Positions 21,335 through 31,819 of a stretch of DNA of 64,000 nt are shown one piece after another. A program made the translations under genes and the position numbers. The notes beneath the pieces were generated by a model, which ran no database searches, was not told where the DNA came from, and was given only the letters and a program-made list of their open reading frames with translations. Origin of the DNA: a virus; IMG/VR virus record IMGVR_UViG_3300049846_002100, positions 1-64,000 of that record, one strand, 5' to 3'. Each line of letters begins with the position of its first letter. Position 1 is the first letter of the stretch.

Positions 21335-24300
21335 TCACGTCCTCTGCGTCGGTGGGATTTTGTTTAGCTCGGACTGAAGACCAGCGATCTCCTGTTGGAG
21401 ACGTGTGATGTCGGCGTTCACCTTCGCGAGCCGATCCTCTGCTGAAGTACGCCCGACGACTGTTGCCCCACCGTCGTGAAGCTCAATCTCCAAGCCCTGT
21501 TTCTCCTTCGTGAGCCGAGCGATCTCTGCCTGCTTCGTTGCGATCTGCTGTGATAGCTCGGTGCGCCTCGATCCGCTCCTTAGGTTTGCACCGAAGTTGG
21601 ACCAAGCTTCACGGAGCCCGCGAAGGTTGGATTCTGTCTGTCCGATGGTGTTGCCGGCCCCGAGGGCGTATCTGTTCGGAGCTGAAAACGGCGGAGAGAG
21701 ATCACCGAACTGTTGGACTTCACCCTCGAAGCGGTCTGTAGTTGGGTCGTTTGTGTTTGACCCACCTCGTAACTCTCGCTCCTGTGCTTGGTGCGGTGTG
21801 TCCAGTGCGCTGTAGAGCTTGTAAAGGAACTCGTCGACTCGCTGGAGAACGTTCTGTCCTTGAGCCAGCTTCAGGGGGACAGGACGATTCGCGGCTGCTG
21901 CATTCTGAATGGACGCAGCGGTCTCGGCATCTCCTGCGACTACGTCAGAACCCGGCGTTGTCGACTCGAACAAACCTGAGGCAGGTGCCACTGGCCGAAT
22001 CGTTTTCACCTGGTAGCCGGCGTTGATGAAGTTCAGCTCGGGGCGGCCGAGGAGACATGCGCAGTTGGGGTCCAGATCCGTGACTGACGGGTCCTTGACC
22101 CGTAGCTCGGCAAGAGTGAGCGCACGCGAGAGCTGAGACGCCTCCACGCTCTCAGCAAATCCCTTCTCTTCAGGTGAGCCGAGCGGACGAGCCTCGACAA
22201 AGTTCGTGCCAGAATCGTTGAGTCCGCCGTTCACGAACTCGGGCTCCTTCGTTTCGGGGTTGAGCACGGCGGCCGTCTGAAGGTCTGTCCCGTCAGGGCT
22301 CAGACGGGACAGCGTGTCCGCCGGGTCCGCGTGCCCGGTGTTGATCGTGGTAAGGCCCTGCGTTTGCGCAGCAAGGACCGCTTTCAGACTACCCGATAGC
22401 GCTTGTTGCACGTCGATGGTTGCGGCCTGGTTGGAGCCCCCGTCAGAGAGAACCAGTCGACCGTCACGAAGCGCAAGACCGCGACCGTACCTGAAGTGCC
22501 CGATCACCTCGAACCCACGTTCATCGCTCACCGGACGGATCATTGCCGTAGAGCCTTGAAAGAACTTGGTTTGATCGCCCCCTTCTTGACGCACGTCGAT
22601 ATTTGCGGTGGGTATCAAGATGATCTCGCCGATGACCTTCTTTGAGTCATAGGCGTACGTGTACACCCCGGCCGAGTTAAGACCGTACTGGTATCTGTTG
22701 TTGAAGTATTTGGCCTGTAACTCATCCAACTTATCAGCGGCGAAGCGTGCCAGTTCTTCTCCAATCTCTGCCCCCTTAGTCTCCAGTTTCTTCCTCTCCT
22801 TCGGATCGGAGTAGGGGCTTTTGGATGGTCCTGACTTAACGCCCGCTGTCGCCTTCAGCTTCTCCGTCGGGGGCTTGAATGGCCGGGTATAGACCATCAC
22901 TGCGTTCGGATAGCCTAGCTTGCGACCCGTCTTAGGGTGCGTAAGGATGATGGGCTCATTCGGATCCTGTTGGCCTGGTTGGACTTCTGAGTTGCCAGGC
23001 AGACTGGAACCGTTCAATATCTTCAACTCGAACCTCCCGCTCTGCGAGATCGTCTTCGAGCTGTACTTGACGGCGGACCCCCCGGGGTTCTGCACCGCCC
23101 CTTTTGAGAAGCCGGTGTGCTTCAAGTGCCCGATGCTTGCAGGCGCGTAAAACTTCCCCCGGCGAGACGTGAGAGTCAGTTGTGTTGTAGCCCGACCTCC
23201 AAACTGAATGTTGTGACTAATGCCAGAGACGTACCAGACCTCGTCCTTATGAGGGACGTAGACAGGGAATCCTAATCGTAGCTCGGGACGTAAAGGGATG
23301 GTCGCTGAGCCTTTGTGCCTTCGAGAGTTTTTGCGATCAAGAATGTCCATCCCATGGTAAAACATGGTTTGAACATCCCCCAAGAATTCGCTGTTGTACG
23401 TCTCGGGGCGCCAACCGTACTTCCGAAGAAGATGATAGTCTGTCACGGACGTGAACGGAGTCACCTCCTCGGGCAGGTTGTATTCGACATTCCCACCATA
23501 GCTGCCTTGTAACGTGAGCTGGGTCACAACCTCGGACTCACTCTCTGGCCAACTACAATCGATGATGTCGATGTCCTGAAGCCAACTTACTGGTTTGTTC
23601 GATAGCACGTCGAGGTTGAAGAATGGCGGCTTGAAGACGATGTCTCCAGACGGGTCCATGTACAGCTCAAAGCCGATGGCCTCCTTTGCGAGATTCGCAA
23701 TCTCAAGCTTCGTCTGATACTCTGACTGCCAGAAGTTCACGTTACCGGCGTTGCTGAACTGCGTCCGGAACGCCGTCACACTCGGCGACGCCGGGTCAAA
23801 GATCATCTGACTGCCGTCTGCCCCACCGTTGGCTCGTGATACCTCGGAAGATGCGAAGTGCTCGTGCTTGCGACCTACCTTTGGCATCTTTGCATTGAGA
23901 GTCGAACCGCGGACGGCTACTCCGTTGACGCCGTACATGACAAGATTGGAGCGAATACGACGGAACCGTTGCTCCCAATAGACCATGATGTCCGTGAGCG
24001 CCGTTGTGAACGTTGCCTTTTGCGTCTGCTCCTTATAGAGGCTGATCAGGCTTCCGGAGCCGATGACCACGTCACCGAAAGACGCTTGAGCAAGCGTCCA
24101 GATCACATCGTACGGATTCGTGCCGAAGAACACATTGCCGAAGATACTTCTCCCTTGCTGCCCGGACGGAGCCGTGAAGGCCGCATTGACGTTCATACGG
24201 CAAAGCTCCCACCACTTCAAGATGTCGGAGCACTGAATCGTGAACGTGTTCTCCCCCGATGAGTAGTTCGGGGTTGTCTCAGTGATCAGGCCCCAGAAAA

Positions 24301-24640
24301 TGGGGTAGTATTGGGGCATGCCTTCGACGAGGTAGAAGCCCTTCGCGTAAATCTCGACCTCCATCATCGGGGTGACGAGGGGGTTACCGTCGAAGTAGAA
24401 GTCGTCGATGGCATGACGAGGGATCGCCATGTTGATCGACGCCGAGCCACCCCCGGGGGAATCGACGCTAAGGTCTACCTGGATCGATGTGATATACTTA
24501 TTGAAATCGAAACGCCGACGGCATGATTGACACCCGAGAAGCTCGACCTCCCCGTTGATGTACACGAGCGCATCCGGCGCGTGGACCACGGTCGGTATAA
24601 TGCCCGACTGATATGTTCCCTGAAACGGTCCGCGCGCCAT
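21335..24640 (-). CDS. Baseplate hub protein (T4 gp27 / gpD-like), 1101 aa
   Basis: EVEIYAKG, IFWGLI, FELYMDPSGDIVFKPP, IPLRPELRLGFPV motifs; immediately upstream of the spike. Confidence 0.75.
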   Translation of the reverse strand: MARGPFQGTYQSGIIPTVVHAPDALVYINGEVELLGCQSCRRRFDFNKYITSIQVDLSVDSPGGGSASINMAIPRHAIDDFYFDGNPLVTPMMEVEIYAKGFYLVEGMPQYYPIFWGLITETTPNYSSGENTFTIQCSDILKWWELCRMNVNAAFTAPSGQQGRSIFGNVFFGTNPYDVIWTLAQASFGDVVIGSGSLISLYKEQTQKATFTTALTDIMVYWEQRFRRIRSNLVMYGVNGVAVRGSTLNAKMPKVGRKHEHFASSEVSRANGGADGSQMIFDPASPSVTAFRTQFSNAGNVNFWQSEYQTKLEIANLAKEAIGFELYMDPSGDIVFKPPFFNLDVLSNKPVSWLQDIDIIDCSWPESESEVVTQLTLQGSYGGNVEYNLPEEVTPFTSVTDYHLLRKYGWRPETYNSEFLGDVQTMFYHGMDILDRKNSRRHKGSATIPLRPELRLGFPVYVPHKDEVWYVSGISHNIQFGGRATTQLTLTSRRGKFYAPASIGHLKHTGFSKGAVQNPGGSAVKYSSKTISQSGRFELKILNGSSLPGNSEVQPGQQDPNEPIILTHPKTGRKLGYPNAVMVYTRPFKPPTEKLKATAGVKSGPSKSPYSDPKERKKLETKGAEIGEELARFAADKLDELQAKYFNNRYQYGLNSAGVYTYAYDSKKVIGEIILIPTANIDVRQEGGDQTKFFQGSTAMIRPVSDERGFEVIGHFRYGRGLALRDGRLVLSDGGSNQAATIDVQQALSGSLKAVLAAQTQGLTTINTGHADPADTLSRLSPDGTDLQTAAVLNPETKEPEFVNGGLNDSGTNFVEARPLGSPEEKGFAESVEASQLSRALTLAELRVKDPSVTDLDPNCACLLGRPELNFINAGYQVKTIRPVAPASGLFESTTPGSDVVAGDAETAASIQNAAAANRPVPLKLAQGQNVLQRVDEFLYKLYSALDTPHQAQERELRGGSNTNDPTTDRFEGEVQQFGDLSPPFSAPNRYALGAGNTIGQTESNLRGLREAWSNFGANLRSGSRRTELSQQIATKQAEIARLTKEKQGLEIELHDGGATVVGRTSAEDRLAKVNADITRLQQEIAGLQSELNKIPPTQRT

Positions 24641-24642
24641 TC

Positions 24643-26499
24643 TTACTGTCCCCGATCTCGATTGAAGATCGCCTGCGCTCGTGAGATGATATCCGTCAGA
24701 ACAGGGTCCGTGGAGAAGGTGGGCTGAACAACCTCGTAGCCTTCGGGCCCTTCATTCAGACTCACGGTCTGCACAGGGTTCACGGAACGGAGACGTTTCG
24801 CGGAGTCAAGGAGCTGTTGCTCGGTGGAGTCCAACAGGAACCACGCGCGGGCAACGAAGGAGAAGCTGTACTCCAGCGTATACGGTGCCGTATCCGATTC
24901 GGTGATGGTGAAGTTATCGAAGCTGCCGACGTAGAGGGTGTTGTCATAGTAGATGTAGATCGACCCGATGAGGGACATCAGGCTGTGGTTCTCGGTCCTG
25001 TTGTCGAGGAACTCCTTCATCCACAAGGCTCCGTTGCTTTTGTAGAGAAGGTAGAGCGACATGAGGTTCTGGAAGCTCAGGGAACCCGCCCTCGCGGTTC
25101 TCGTGAGGCCAGGTCCGGTGGCGTTGAACGCATCCATCGCGAAGAACGCGGCAACCTTCCCGGACCCCTCGATGCGCTCCTGACCGTCACCCCAGTGCTC
25201 GACGATGGGGCCGTTTCGGCCGTAATTTCCATCCGAAACGATCTTCTCGGCGCTCATACTAAAGCTCTCCGGGTTCACGAGCAGTCGTAGAGGGGGCATC
25301 TTCGCCATCTGCTCGATGGCTGCCTGTAGTGCCTTGCGGACGGACTCTTGCGCGGCCTGAAAGCGTTGCCCAAGAGTTGGCACTTTGAGACTCGTGCCCG
25401 CTTGCTTGTTGATGTCCTTGGCCGCGCCCTTGGCGTCTTTTGAGCCATCCTTAGCCCAAGCCTTAGAACCCTGGCCTTCAGCGACGTTCTGCCGGTCTGT
25501 GCTCGTCGATCGAGCGCCCAGACGTCGAGCGTTCTGCGCTTTGGTTATCTCGGCTGCAAAGGGGCTCCCCGCCTTCGTGGTCCAAGCTTCAACATCTTCC
25601 CGGGAGATCGCACCATCCCCGTCCCCGTACTTGGTATCGACGATATTATTCGCCTGGTATGCCAAGTCTTGCTTACCGCCAACACCACCGTCTCTGAACG
25701 CGCCATAACCCCCGTGGCTTGCTTGGTAGGCAGCGCTGGCGTACAAAACCCCTCCGGGATTGGTTCTGGCGTAAGCGTCCCCCAAGTTGCGGGCGGCTAG
25801 CTGTGCAGCAGACATACCTCTTACACCGTTGCTCTTAAAGTATTTCTCTGCCCAGAAGAGCTGTCGTTCGGCTGATAGTTTGCCGAACCGCTCATACTCT
25901 TCGGGCGGGATCCCAAGTTTCTTCGCCGTGTCCGGGGCAATCTGGTTCAGCCCTTTGGCCGTGACCTTACCGTTTCGAACGGCAACGGCGCTTGTATTGA
26001 ATCCGCTCTCGTTACGCATGACCACGGCCATGGCACCGGGATCAACCTTGAGCCGATCGCACATAGCCGTGAAGTCGACCCAAAACTGGTCCCCCAGCTT
26101 AGCCCCTCGGCCATGGTAGCTTCCGTTTTTCAATCCACCGGGGCCTTCGGGGATAGTCGGGGTCTCTGCGTCCGGAGACACGAACTCGTCGACGGGAGAC
26201 GTGGCCTTACCAGCTCTAGCCGGGCCATCTACCGGAAACGACCCAGACTGCGCAGCCACCGATGCCGAACGGTCCAACTTCTTGTCGGACAGGTTCACCG
26301 CCGGTGGCAACAACCCGATGACGAAGAGTTTCGGGTTCCGCCCCGTACGCTCAACGGGTGAGATCGGAACGAACTCCGCGGCAACCTCATCGTCCGTTGT
26401 GGACAGACGGTCGTACTTCGTCAGGGCGTCATAGACGCCCGGCGCGTGGTAGTCGGCCGTGTCGATGATCTGCCTGAAGATGTTGGTGCTGTCCGCCAT
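24643..26499 (-). CDS. Tube-initiator-like baseplate protein with lytic transglycosylase (SLT-like) domain
   Basis: DPGAMAVVMRNESGFNTSA...GLNQI SLT motifs; C-terminal domain paralogous to 26499-27212. Confidence 0.7.
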   Translation of the reverse strand: MADSTNIFRQIIDTADYHAPGVYDALTKYDRLSTTDDEVAAEFVPISPVERTGRNPKLFVIGLLPPAVNLSDKKLDRSASVAAQSGSFPVDGPARAGKATSPVDEFVSPDAETPTIPEGPGGLKNGSYHGRGAKLGDQFWVDFTAMCDRLKVDPGAMAVVMRNESGFNTSAVAVRNGKVTAKGLNQIAPDTAKKLGIPPEEYERFGKLSAERQLFWAEKYFKSNGVRGMSAAQLAARNLGDAYARTNPGGVLYASAAYQASHGGYGAFRDGGVGGKQDLAYQANNIVDTKYGDGDGAISREDVEAWTTKAGSPFAAEITKAQNARRLGARSTSTDRQNVAEGQGSKAWAKDGSKDAKGAAKDINKQAGTSLKVPTLGQRFQAAQESVRKALQAAIEQMAKMPPLRLLVNPESFSMSAEKIVSDGNYGRNGPIVEHWGDGQERIEGSGKVAAFFAMDAFNATGPGLTRTARAGSLSFQNLMSLYLLYKSNGALWMKEFLDNRTENHSLMSLIGSIYIYYDNTLYVGSFDNFTITESDTAPYTLEYSFSFVARAWFLLDSTEQQLLDSAKRLRSVNPVQTVSLNEGPEGYEVVQPTFSTDPVLTDIISRAQAIFNRDRGQ

Positions 26500-27212
26500 C
26501 AGATGATCCTTGCAGCTAGCTGAGCGTTCGAAAGCTCAATCACCTCTTGAGTGGTCGGCGCGGTGGGGGTGGTCGTTCTCGTGTAGTTTGTGCTCTGGAA
26601 TTGCGGCCCGGTACGGGAAGCGCTTTCCACCGACGGTAGGCGAAGAATCGTCTCCTGAACCTTGAAGGACCAGGAGAGGTTGAAGGTAAAGGGAGAGTCC
26701 GCCGTCTCCTCCACCTGGAACGTCCGGAAGAACCCCAAATACGTACCACGATCGAACATGAGCATGATCTGTCCCTGAAGGACGATACGCCCCGAAGGAT
26801 CTCGCACGCTACCGTTGTTGTAGTAGAGGTCGTGGAAGTCTCGGTACCGATCCCATGCGATCGTGCGCTGCCTGAGGATCGCCGAGGTGCCGGTCATGGT
26901 GTGCATGAAAGCGCCAGTCGAACCCTGCGCGCTGATCTCATCGAGGTCGTCACCCCAATGCTGCTCAACCCAACCCCCCATCGTCTGGATGCGCTCGACC
27001 TTCTTGTTGAAGGTCTGCGTGAGGTTGCTCGGGTTGACGTGCAACACAAGAGCCGTGGGCAGAAGAGCCACGTGGCGGGTCACGGGGCTGGTGACCTGGA
27101 AGGCCATCGGAATGAACGACTGCCTGGACTCCATGCCGTGCCGGTACACGGGGCTCCGTGTGGGGCCCGCGTTCGGCGTGAAGTCAGGGTTCGCTGAAGG
27201 GATCCGCGGCAT
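26499..27212 (-). CDS. Tail tube initiator-like protein (gp48/gp54-like)
   Basis: LHVNPSNL..., EQHWGD, YLGFFRTFQVEETADSPFTFNLSWSF; directly downstream of the tape measure. Confidence 0.65.
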   Translation of the reverse strand: MPRIPSANPDFTPNAGPTRSPVYRHGMESRQSFIPMAFQVTSPVTRHVALLPTALVLHVNPSNLTQTFNKKVERIQTMGGWVEQHWGDDLDEISAQGSTGAFMHTMTGTSAILRQRTIAWDRYRDFHDLYYNNGSVRDPSGRIVLQGQIMLMFDRGTYLGFFRTFQVEETADSPFTFNLSWSFKVQETILRLPSVESASRTGPQFQSTNYTRTTTPTAPTTQEVIELSNAQLAARII

Positions 27213-27223
27213 GGGTCAACTCC

Positions 27224-30200
27224 TCAGTGGAACTTCTCGCGACGCTTGTACTCGTAGATCCCTTCGTTGACCTTGTTCTCCAGGTGCCGAGCGAGATCCT
27301 GGCCGCCGATGCCGTTGACATTGAGCGTGATGTTCACGGAACCACCGCCCTGTGTGGCGCCTCCTCGCGGAACAATCGTCTCGCCAGGTGCGACGGACGC
27401 GAAAAACTCGCCAGACGGGGGCCTTGCAACAACCCCCCCTTCCGCATTCGCAGGGGGCACCATGACCGTGCCCGTCGCCGTCGAGTTTTGAACAACTTGC
27501 TTCCCGAAATTTGTCGCGTTGAAAGTGCCCGCTTTGAGGCCCGCAGCGACCGATCCACGGTCCAACCCCGAGTACATGTAGTATTCGAACAGCGCCGTCC
27601 GTAGCGCATCGAGCGTGCCGTTCTCGATTGCGGGTTGGAACGTGTTCTTGACGTTGCCCTTGTCGAAGCCGAGCTTCTTCTGCCCGTCCGCAACGCTCTC
27701 AATCGCCGTCGTCGTCTGTGCTTGCTGCTCGACCGTCGCCGGCTTCTCCTTCGACGGAGGAGGGGCGATAGCAGCACTAGGTGTGGCGGCTGTTGCTCCG
27801 GAGGCAGCCGCTCCCGGGGCAACCCCCTGAAAAGTATGTGCAAGCTGGTCGTCACTCAAAGTTAGGCGGATCTTGTCGATGATTTTGGCCACATCCTCCT
27901 CACTGAACCCGGCGGCTGTACCAGCGGCTTCAATATCTCTGCCTTGAGATAGATGCCAGGCCATACTTTTCATCTTACGCTGATCGTAATCGTCGTTATT
28001 GACCTCCGCCATCCTGATGGCCTCTTGAAGACGCTGTCTCTTCAAAGAGTTACTATTACCTGCGCCGCCGAGGTTGGCCGAGATGGATCCAACCACCTTG
28101 TTGTAGGCGTTCACCAACGCTTCGCGCTCTTCTACCAAAGAACGACTTTCAGACTCTACAGCGTTAGCCTCATCAGTTTTACCCTGTTTCCGCAGCTCTT
28201 CTGCTTTCAGGCCCAACTCCTTACTACGCGCTTCTAACTCTTTTGCTTTACCAGGATTTTGGTAAATCACAGCTTCCTGTGCCTTGAACGTGCCTGTCCT
28301 GTACGCCTTCCGCTTGAAGTCCTCTTGGTCTGCGGAGGACTTGAATGCCTCCATCAGCTCCTTGTTCTTTGTCCTAGCGACGGTCATCTCCGTTCGCTTC
28401 CGGTCGTTGGCGCCACCGGGTAGAAGGTTGGAGATCGTGTCCCAAATCCCCATGAACACGTCGTAAGCTTGGTTCAGAAGGAAGTCTATGATGATCTGGA
28501 GCTTTTCGGAGACACTCTGAGTTAGCTCCGCTTGCGTCTTCGCGTAATTGGTCACCTGTTGAGCCGCGTCGAGATCCTTCTTGGCGTCCGCGCTCATTGA
28601 GCGAATGATCTCCTGACTTCCCATCTCGTCGATCTTCTTCAACTCTTCGATGCCCTTACCTTCATCAGTCGCCTGCTTCTTCATGAGCTTGCGCTGCTTA
28701 TCGACGGCTTTCTCGACCTTGATCATGGCGTCGAGCCTCTCCTGAGAGAGGCCGAGCTGCTCCGCCATCATCTCCATGCCGATCGACCCTGCACCTTCGG
28801 AGAGATTCTTCCCACCTCCGAACTTGGCGAGCGCGGCAGTGTAGAGATCAAGGACGGCACCGGGACCAGCGTTCCCCAACGCCGTGGCCTTACCGAAAGT
28901 GCCTTTACCGGCTCTCTGTTTGTCGATACCATACTGCGTGATGGCCTCTTGGAGATCGCCTCCGATGTTTGCCTTGCCGAGGTGCTTCTCCAGCGCCTCA
29001 CCACCCTGATCAATGGCCGATGCAATATCGTCGATTGAACCAGTGGCGCCCGCTGCCTTCAGCTTCTCGGCGAGGTCTTCACGCCGGTTCTTCATCTCAC
29101 GGTTGAGGATGCCCGTGACCTTCTTGTCTCCCGCGAGGAGCGACAATTTGAGCTTCTCGGTCCGCCCCATGTTCTTCAACCCTTGAGCGGTCTCCTGCAT
29201 GAACTTTTGCGCGTTACGGGGGCTCATCGCCTTACCCACGAGCTTCAGGAGTTGAACCGAGTCCTCCAGTCGGTTGTTGTACAAGGAGAGGTCGGTCGAG
29301 ATACTCCGGATCATCTGGAAGAACTTGTTCTGCGCGATCCCGGAGTCGCTGGCGGCTTGACTGATCTGCGCGAACGATCCAGCGATGTCCTTTGCCTTCG
29401 TGCCAAGCTCGGTCATCATCTCGCCTTGGAATTGGGCGATTTCAGTCAGGCTGACGCCAAAGTTACGTGAGAATGCGACGGCCACGTGAACCATGTCCGC
29501 GGAGAATCTGCCAACCTCCTTTCGGGAGGCTTCGGCTTCATCACGAATACGTCCGAGAGATACACCCTCCTGATTGAGCACACCCAAGAGGGCAAGGTGG
29601 TCCTTCGAAGTCGTACCCCATTCGAGGTTCGACTTCGCATCGAAGGCGGCACCTCGAATACTTTTCACGGTCGCGTGTAGATCCTCAAACGCTATGTCGG
29701 CTCGGCCGCCAGCGGTCGCCAGAAACTCTCCCGTGCTGGCAGTAGAGAGAAGCTCTTTCTGGAACTCCTTCGCCGCTGCGTCCGCGTCGATGAACAGTTT
29801 CACGATCGCCATGACCGCGCCGGCTGTCATCGACAGCGCAGGACCCAACTTCGTCAGCGTGCCGGCGATTCCAGTCATCGCTGAGACTGCACCGCCCATC
29901 TGAGCCATCTTGCCGACAGCGCCCTTACCAAGACCCCCGAGGGCTCCGCCAATGCCCCTAGCCATACCGCCGAAGCTCTTGCTACCTAGGCCTGACATCG
30001 CGTCAGATAGGGAGGCACCGACCTCCTTGGTCATCTTGCGCCGATCGAATCCGACGAAGCCCTTGAAGGCGCTCTCCATCTCGTCGCGGTATTCCTTGGC
30101 GTTCGCTTCGATCGCTTCGTGAAAGGCCGCGCCAAAGTCGAGACCTTTCTGATTCTCGCGGATTTCCTTGATCAGCGAGAGCCTGTCCTCAAGCCCTTGA

Positions 30201-30526
30201 ATCGATTTCTTGATGCCGACCTTTTCCTCGGCACTCGCTCGGCTAAGCTCGATTCGCGTATCGTGTAGCTGCTGATGCAAGTCCTCTTGCTTCTTGGTCA
30301 GAACGATGAGCTGCTTCTGGCTCAGCATCAACCCTTTCGAGTATTCGACACCAAACGATTCAGCAGTATCTTCCAACCCCTTTAAGAGATCGTTCGCACC
30401 CTCTGCGGCATCACCAATGCGACCGAGCCCCCGTTTGAAGGAAGCCTCCATCGCTTCGATGGTCCTCTTCGCCCGTCGGCCATCGATGTCGAGACTGAAT
30501 TGGAGCTTGGTGATGTCGGTCGGCAT
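27224..30526 (-). CDS. Tape measure protein (1100 aa)
   Basis: Long helical Ala/Gly/Lys-rich protein; C-terminal GG...PGETIVP and NITLNVNG motifs; position after the chaperones. Confidence 0.85.
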   Translation of the reverse strand: MPTDITKLQFSLDIDGRRAKRTIEAMEASFKRGLGRIGDAAEGANDLLKGLEDTAESFGVEYSKGLMLSQKQLIVLTKKQEDLHQQLHDTRIELSRASAEEKVGIKKSIQGLEDRLSLIKEIRENQKGLDFGAAFHEAIEANAKEYRDEMESAFKGFVGFDRRKMTKEVGASLSDAMSGLGSKSFGGMARGIGGALGGLGKGAVGKMAQMGGAVSAMTGIAGTLTKLGPALSMTAGAVMAIVKLFIDADAAAKEFQKELLSTASTGEFLATAGGRADIAFEDLHATVKSIRGAAFDAKSNLEWGTTSKDHLALLGVLNQEGVSLGRIRDEAEASRKEVGRFSADMVHVAVAFSRNFGVSLTEIAQFQGEMMTELGTKAKDIAGSFAQISQAASDSGIAQNKFFQMIRSISTDLSLYNNRLEDSVQLLKLVGKAMSPRNAQKFMQETAQGLKNMGRTEKLKLSLLAGDKKVTGILNREMKNRREDLAEKLKAAGATGSIDDIASAIDQGGEALEKHLGKANIGGDLQEAITQYGIDKQRAGKGTFGKATALGNAGPGAVLDLYTAALAKFGGGKNLSEGAGSIGMEMMAEQLGLSQERLDAMIKVEKAVDKQRKLMKKQATDEGKGIEELKKIDEMGSQEIIRSMSADAKKDLDAAQQVTNYAKTQAELTQSVSEKLQIIIDFLLNQAYDVFMGIWDTISNLLPGGANDRKRTEMTVARTKNKELMEAFKSSADQEDFKRKAYRTGTFKAQEAVIYQNPGKAKELEARSKELGLKAEELRKQGKTDEANAVESESRSLVEEREALVNAYNKVVGSISANLGGAGNSNSLKRQRLQEAIRMAEVNNDDYDQRKMKSMAWHLSQGRDIEAAGTAAGFSEEDVAKIIDKIRLTLSDDQLAHTFQGVAPGAAASGATAATPSAAIAPPPSKEKPATVEQQAQTTTAIESVADGQKKLGFDKGNVKNTFQPAIENGTLDALRTALFEYYMYSGLDRGSVAAGLKAGTFNATNFGKQVVQNSTATGTVMVPPANAEGGVVARPPSGEFFASVAPGETIVPRGGATQGGGSVNITLNVNGIGGQDLARHLENKVNEGIYEYKRREKFH

Positions 30527-30532
30527 GGTCTC

Positions 30533-31813
30533 TTACTTCCGTCGGCTGAAAGGAACCGTAGGGGCTGGCCGTTGGCCGCCGGCCGGGATCACGGGGGTAC
30601 GTTCGGGTGCGGGAGGGGGCGAGTCGCCGTACCACTTTTCTCGGTGTTGTTGCCCCTTCTCGTCGAGCATTTGGGGATGGACCATGATCCGAGCGGCGTT
30701 CTGTGCCTCCACGGTCCGTCGGCGCTCGATACGATCTCGGAGCTGATCCGGGGTCAGACCAGTGATGTCACTCCCACCCGTGAGCGGTGCGTCTCCGTAC
30801 CGGGCAACGTATTGAGCCGCGATCCGCTCGCTCTCCTGCCTCTCCTCTTCACGACGCTGCCGAATCTGTTGCTCGTAGCGGTCGACGATAACGTCGTGCC
30901 AATCCTTCTCGCCCTTGAGATCCCTCTCTAGCTGCTCTGCCAGCTCATCTTCGGTGTGCGCGACAACCATGGGCACGCCGTACTTCGACTTCTGCTCTTT
31001 CAAGGGTTGGCCGAGGAGCACGTGATTCAGAAGAGCATCCTTCCGAGCAAACCGTGCATCCCGGTCTTTGCGACGGCGCGCTTCGTCTTGGCGGTAGACC
31101 TTCGAGATCCCCTTGCCAGCCATGCAGGAGCCCACGAACTTGGCGTGCTCCCACGCACGGTCGTAATCCTCCTTCTTGTCCTCGTAGTAGTTGATCGCAC
31201 GCCAGATGAGCTGCCCCCAGTTCATCCCAAGGTGCTCCGTCCCCGGGACACCCGTGAGCGTCGTTTGGGTCAGATCCAAACCCCTGATTTGGGCCCATCT
31301 GAACCGGGACTGATCCTCCATTGCGTAGGCTTCAGCAAGGCGCACCGCGTTGCTGGCTCGGCGATTGATCTCCGACAGGTGCCGGATGATCCGCGCCCTC
31401 ATCTGCGGGGGGAACTCTGCGAACGCCTTCGCCACCTCGGGGACATAGCGCCCTCGATCGACGAGTACGTTCATCCCATCGACCATGAAAACCCCGTACG
31501 CGATGAACGTGTTCCAGAACCGACTTGTCGGCTGCGGACGCGCACCACTACCGGCCACGAATTCCAAGAGGCTGAACTCATGATGGTTCAAGCTCTTGAA
31601 CACGAACCTGGTGTCGTTGATGTCCGCCGTGACCGTAAGGAACCCTCGAAAGAGAAGGTTCTCCGTATCCCGGTAGACAGCCGGATCGACTTCTGGGGCA
31701 CGGAAGGACGGCCTGATGACCCCCTCTTCAGTACTCTCTTCCTCGGGCTCTCCGAGCGCTTCGTTCTGCGCTCGGAGAGCCGCTTGCTGTTCCTCGTACG
31801 ACGGGATGGCCAT
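30533..31813 (-). CDS. Putative tail assembly chaperone 2
   Basis: Between tube and TMP; FVFKSLNHHE resembles IVLRNLRPDE of the upstream gene. Confidence 0.55.
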   Translation of the reverse strand: MAIPSYEEQQAALRAQNEALGEPEEESTEEGVIRPSFRAPEVDPAVYRDTENLLFRGFLTVTADINDTRFVFKSLNHHEFSLLEFVAGSGARPQPTSRFWNTFIAYGVFMVDGMNVLVDRGRYVPEVAKAFAEFPPQMRARIIRHLSEINRRASNAVRLAEAYAMEDQSRFRWAQIRGLDLTQTTLTGVPGTEHLGMNWGQLIWRAINYYEDKKEDYDRAWEHAKFVGSCMAGKGISKVYRQDEARRRKDRDARFARKDALLNHVLLGQPLKEQKSKYGVPMVVAHTEDELAEQLERDLKGEKDWHDVIVDRYEQQIRQRREEERQESERIAAQYVARYGDAPLTGGSDITGLTPDQLRDRIERRRTVEAQNAARIMVHPQMLDEKGQQHREKWYGDSPPPAPERTPVIPAGGQRPAPTVPFSRRK

Positions 31814-31819
31814 TGGACA

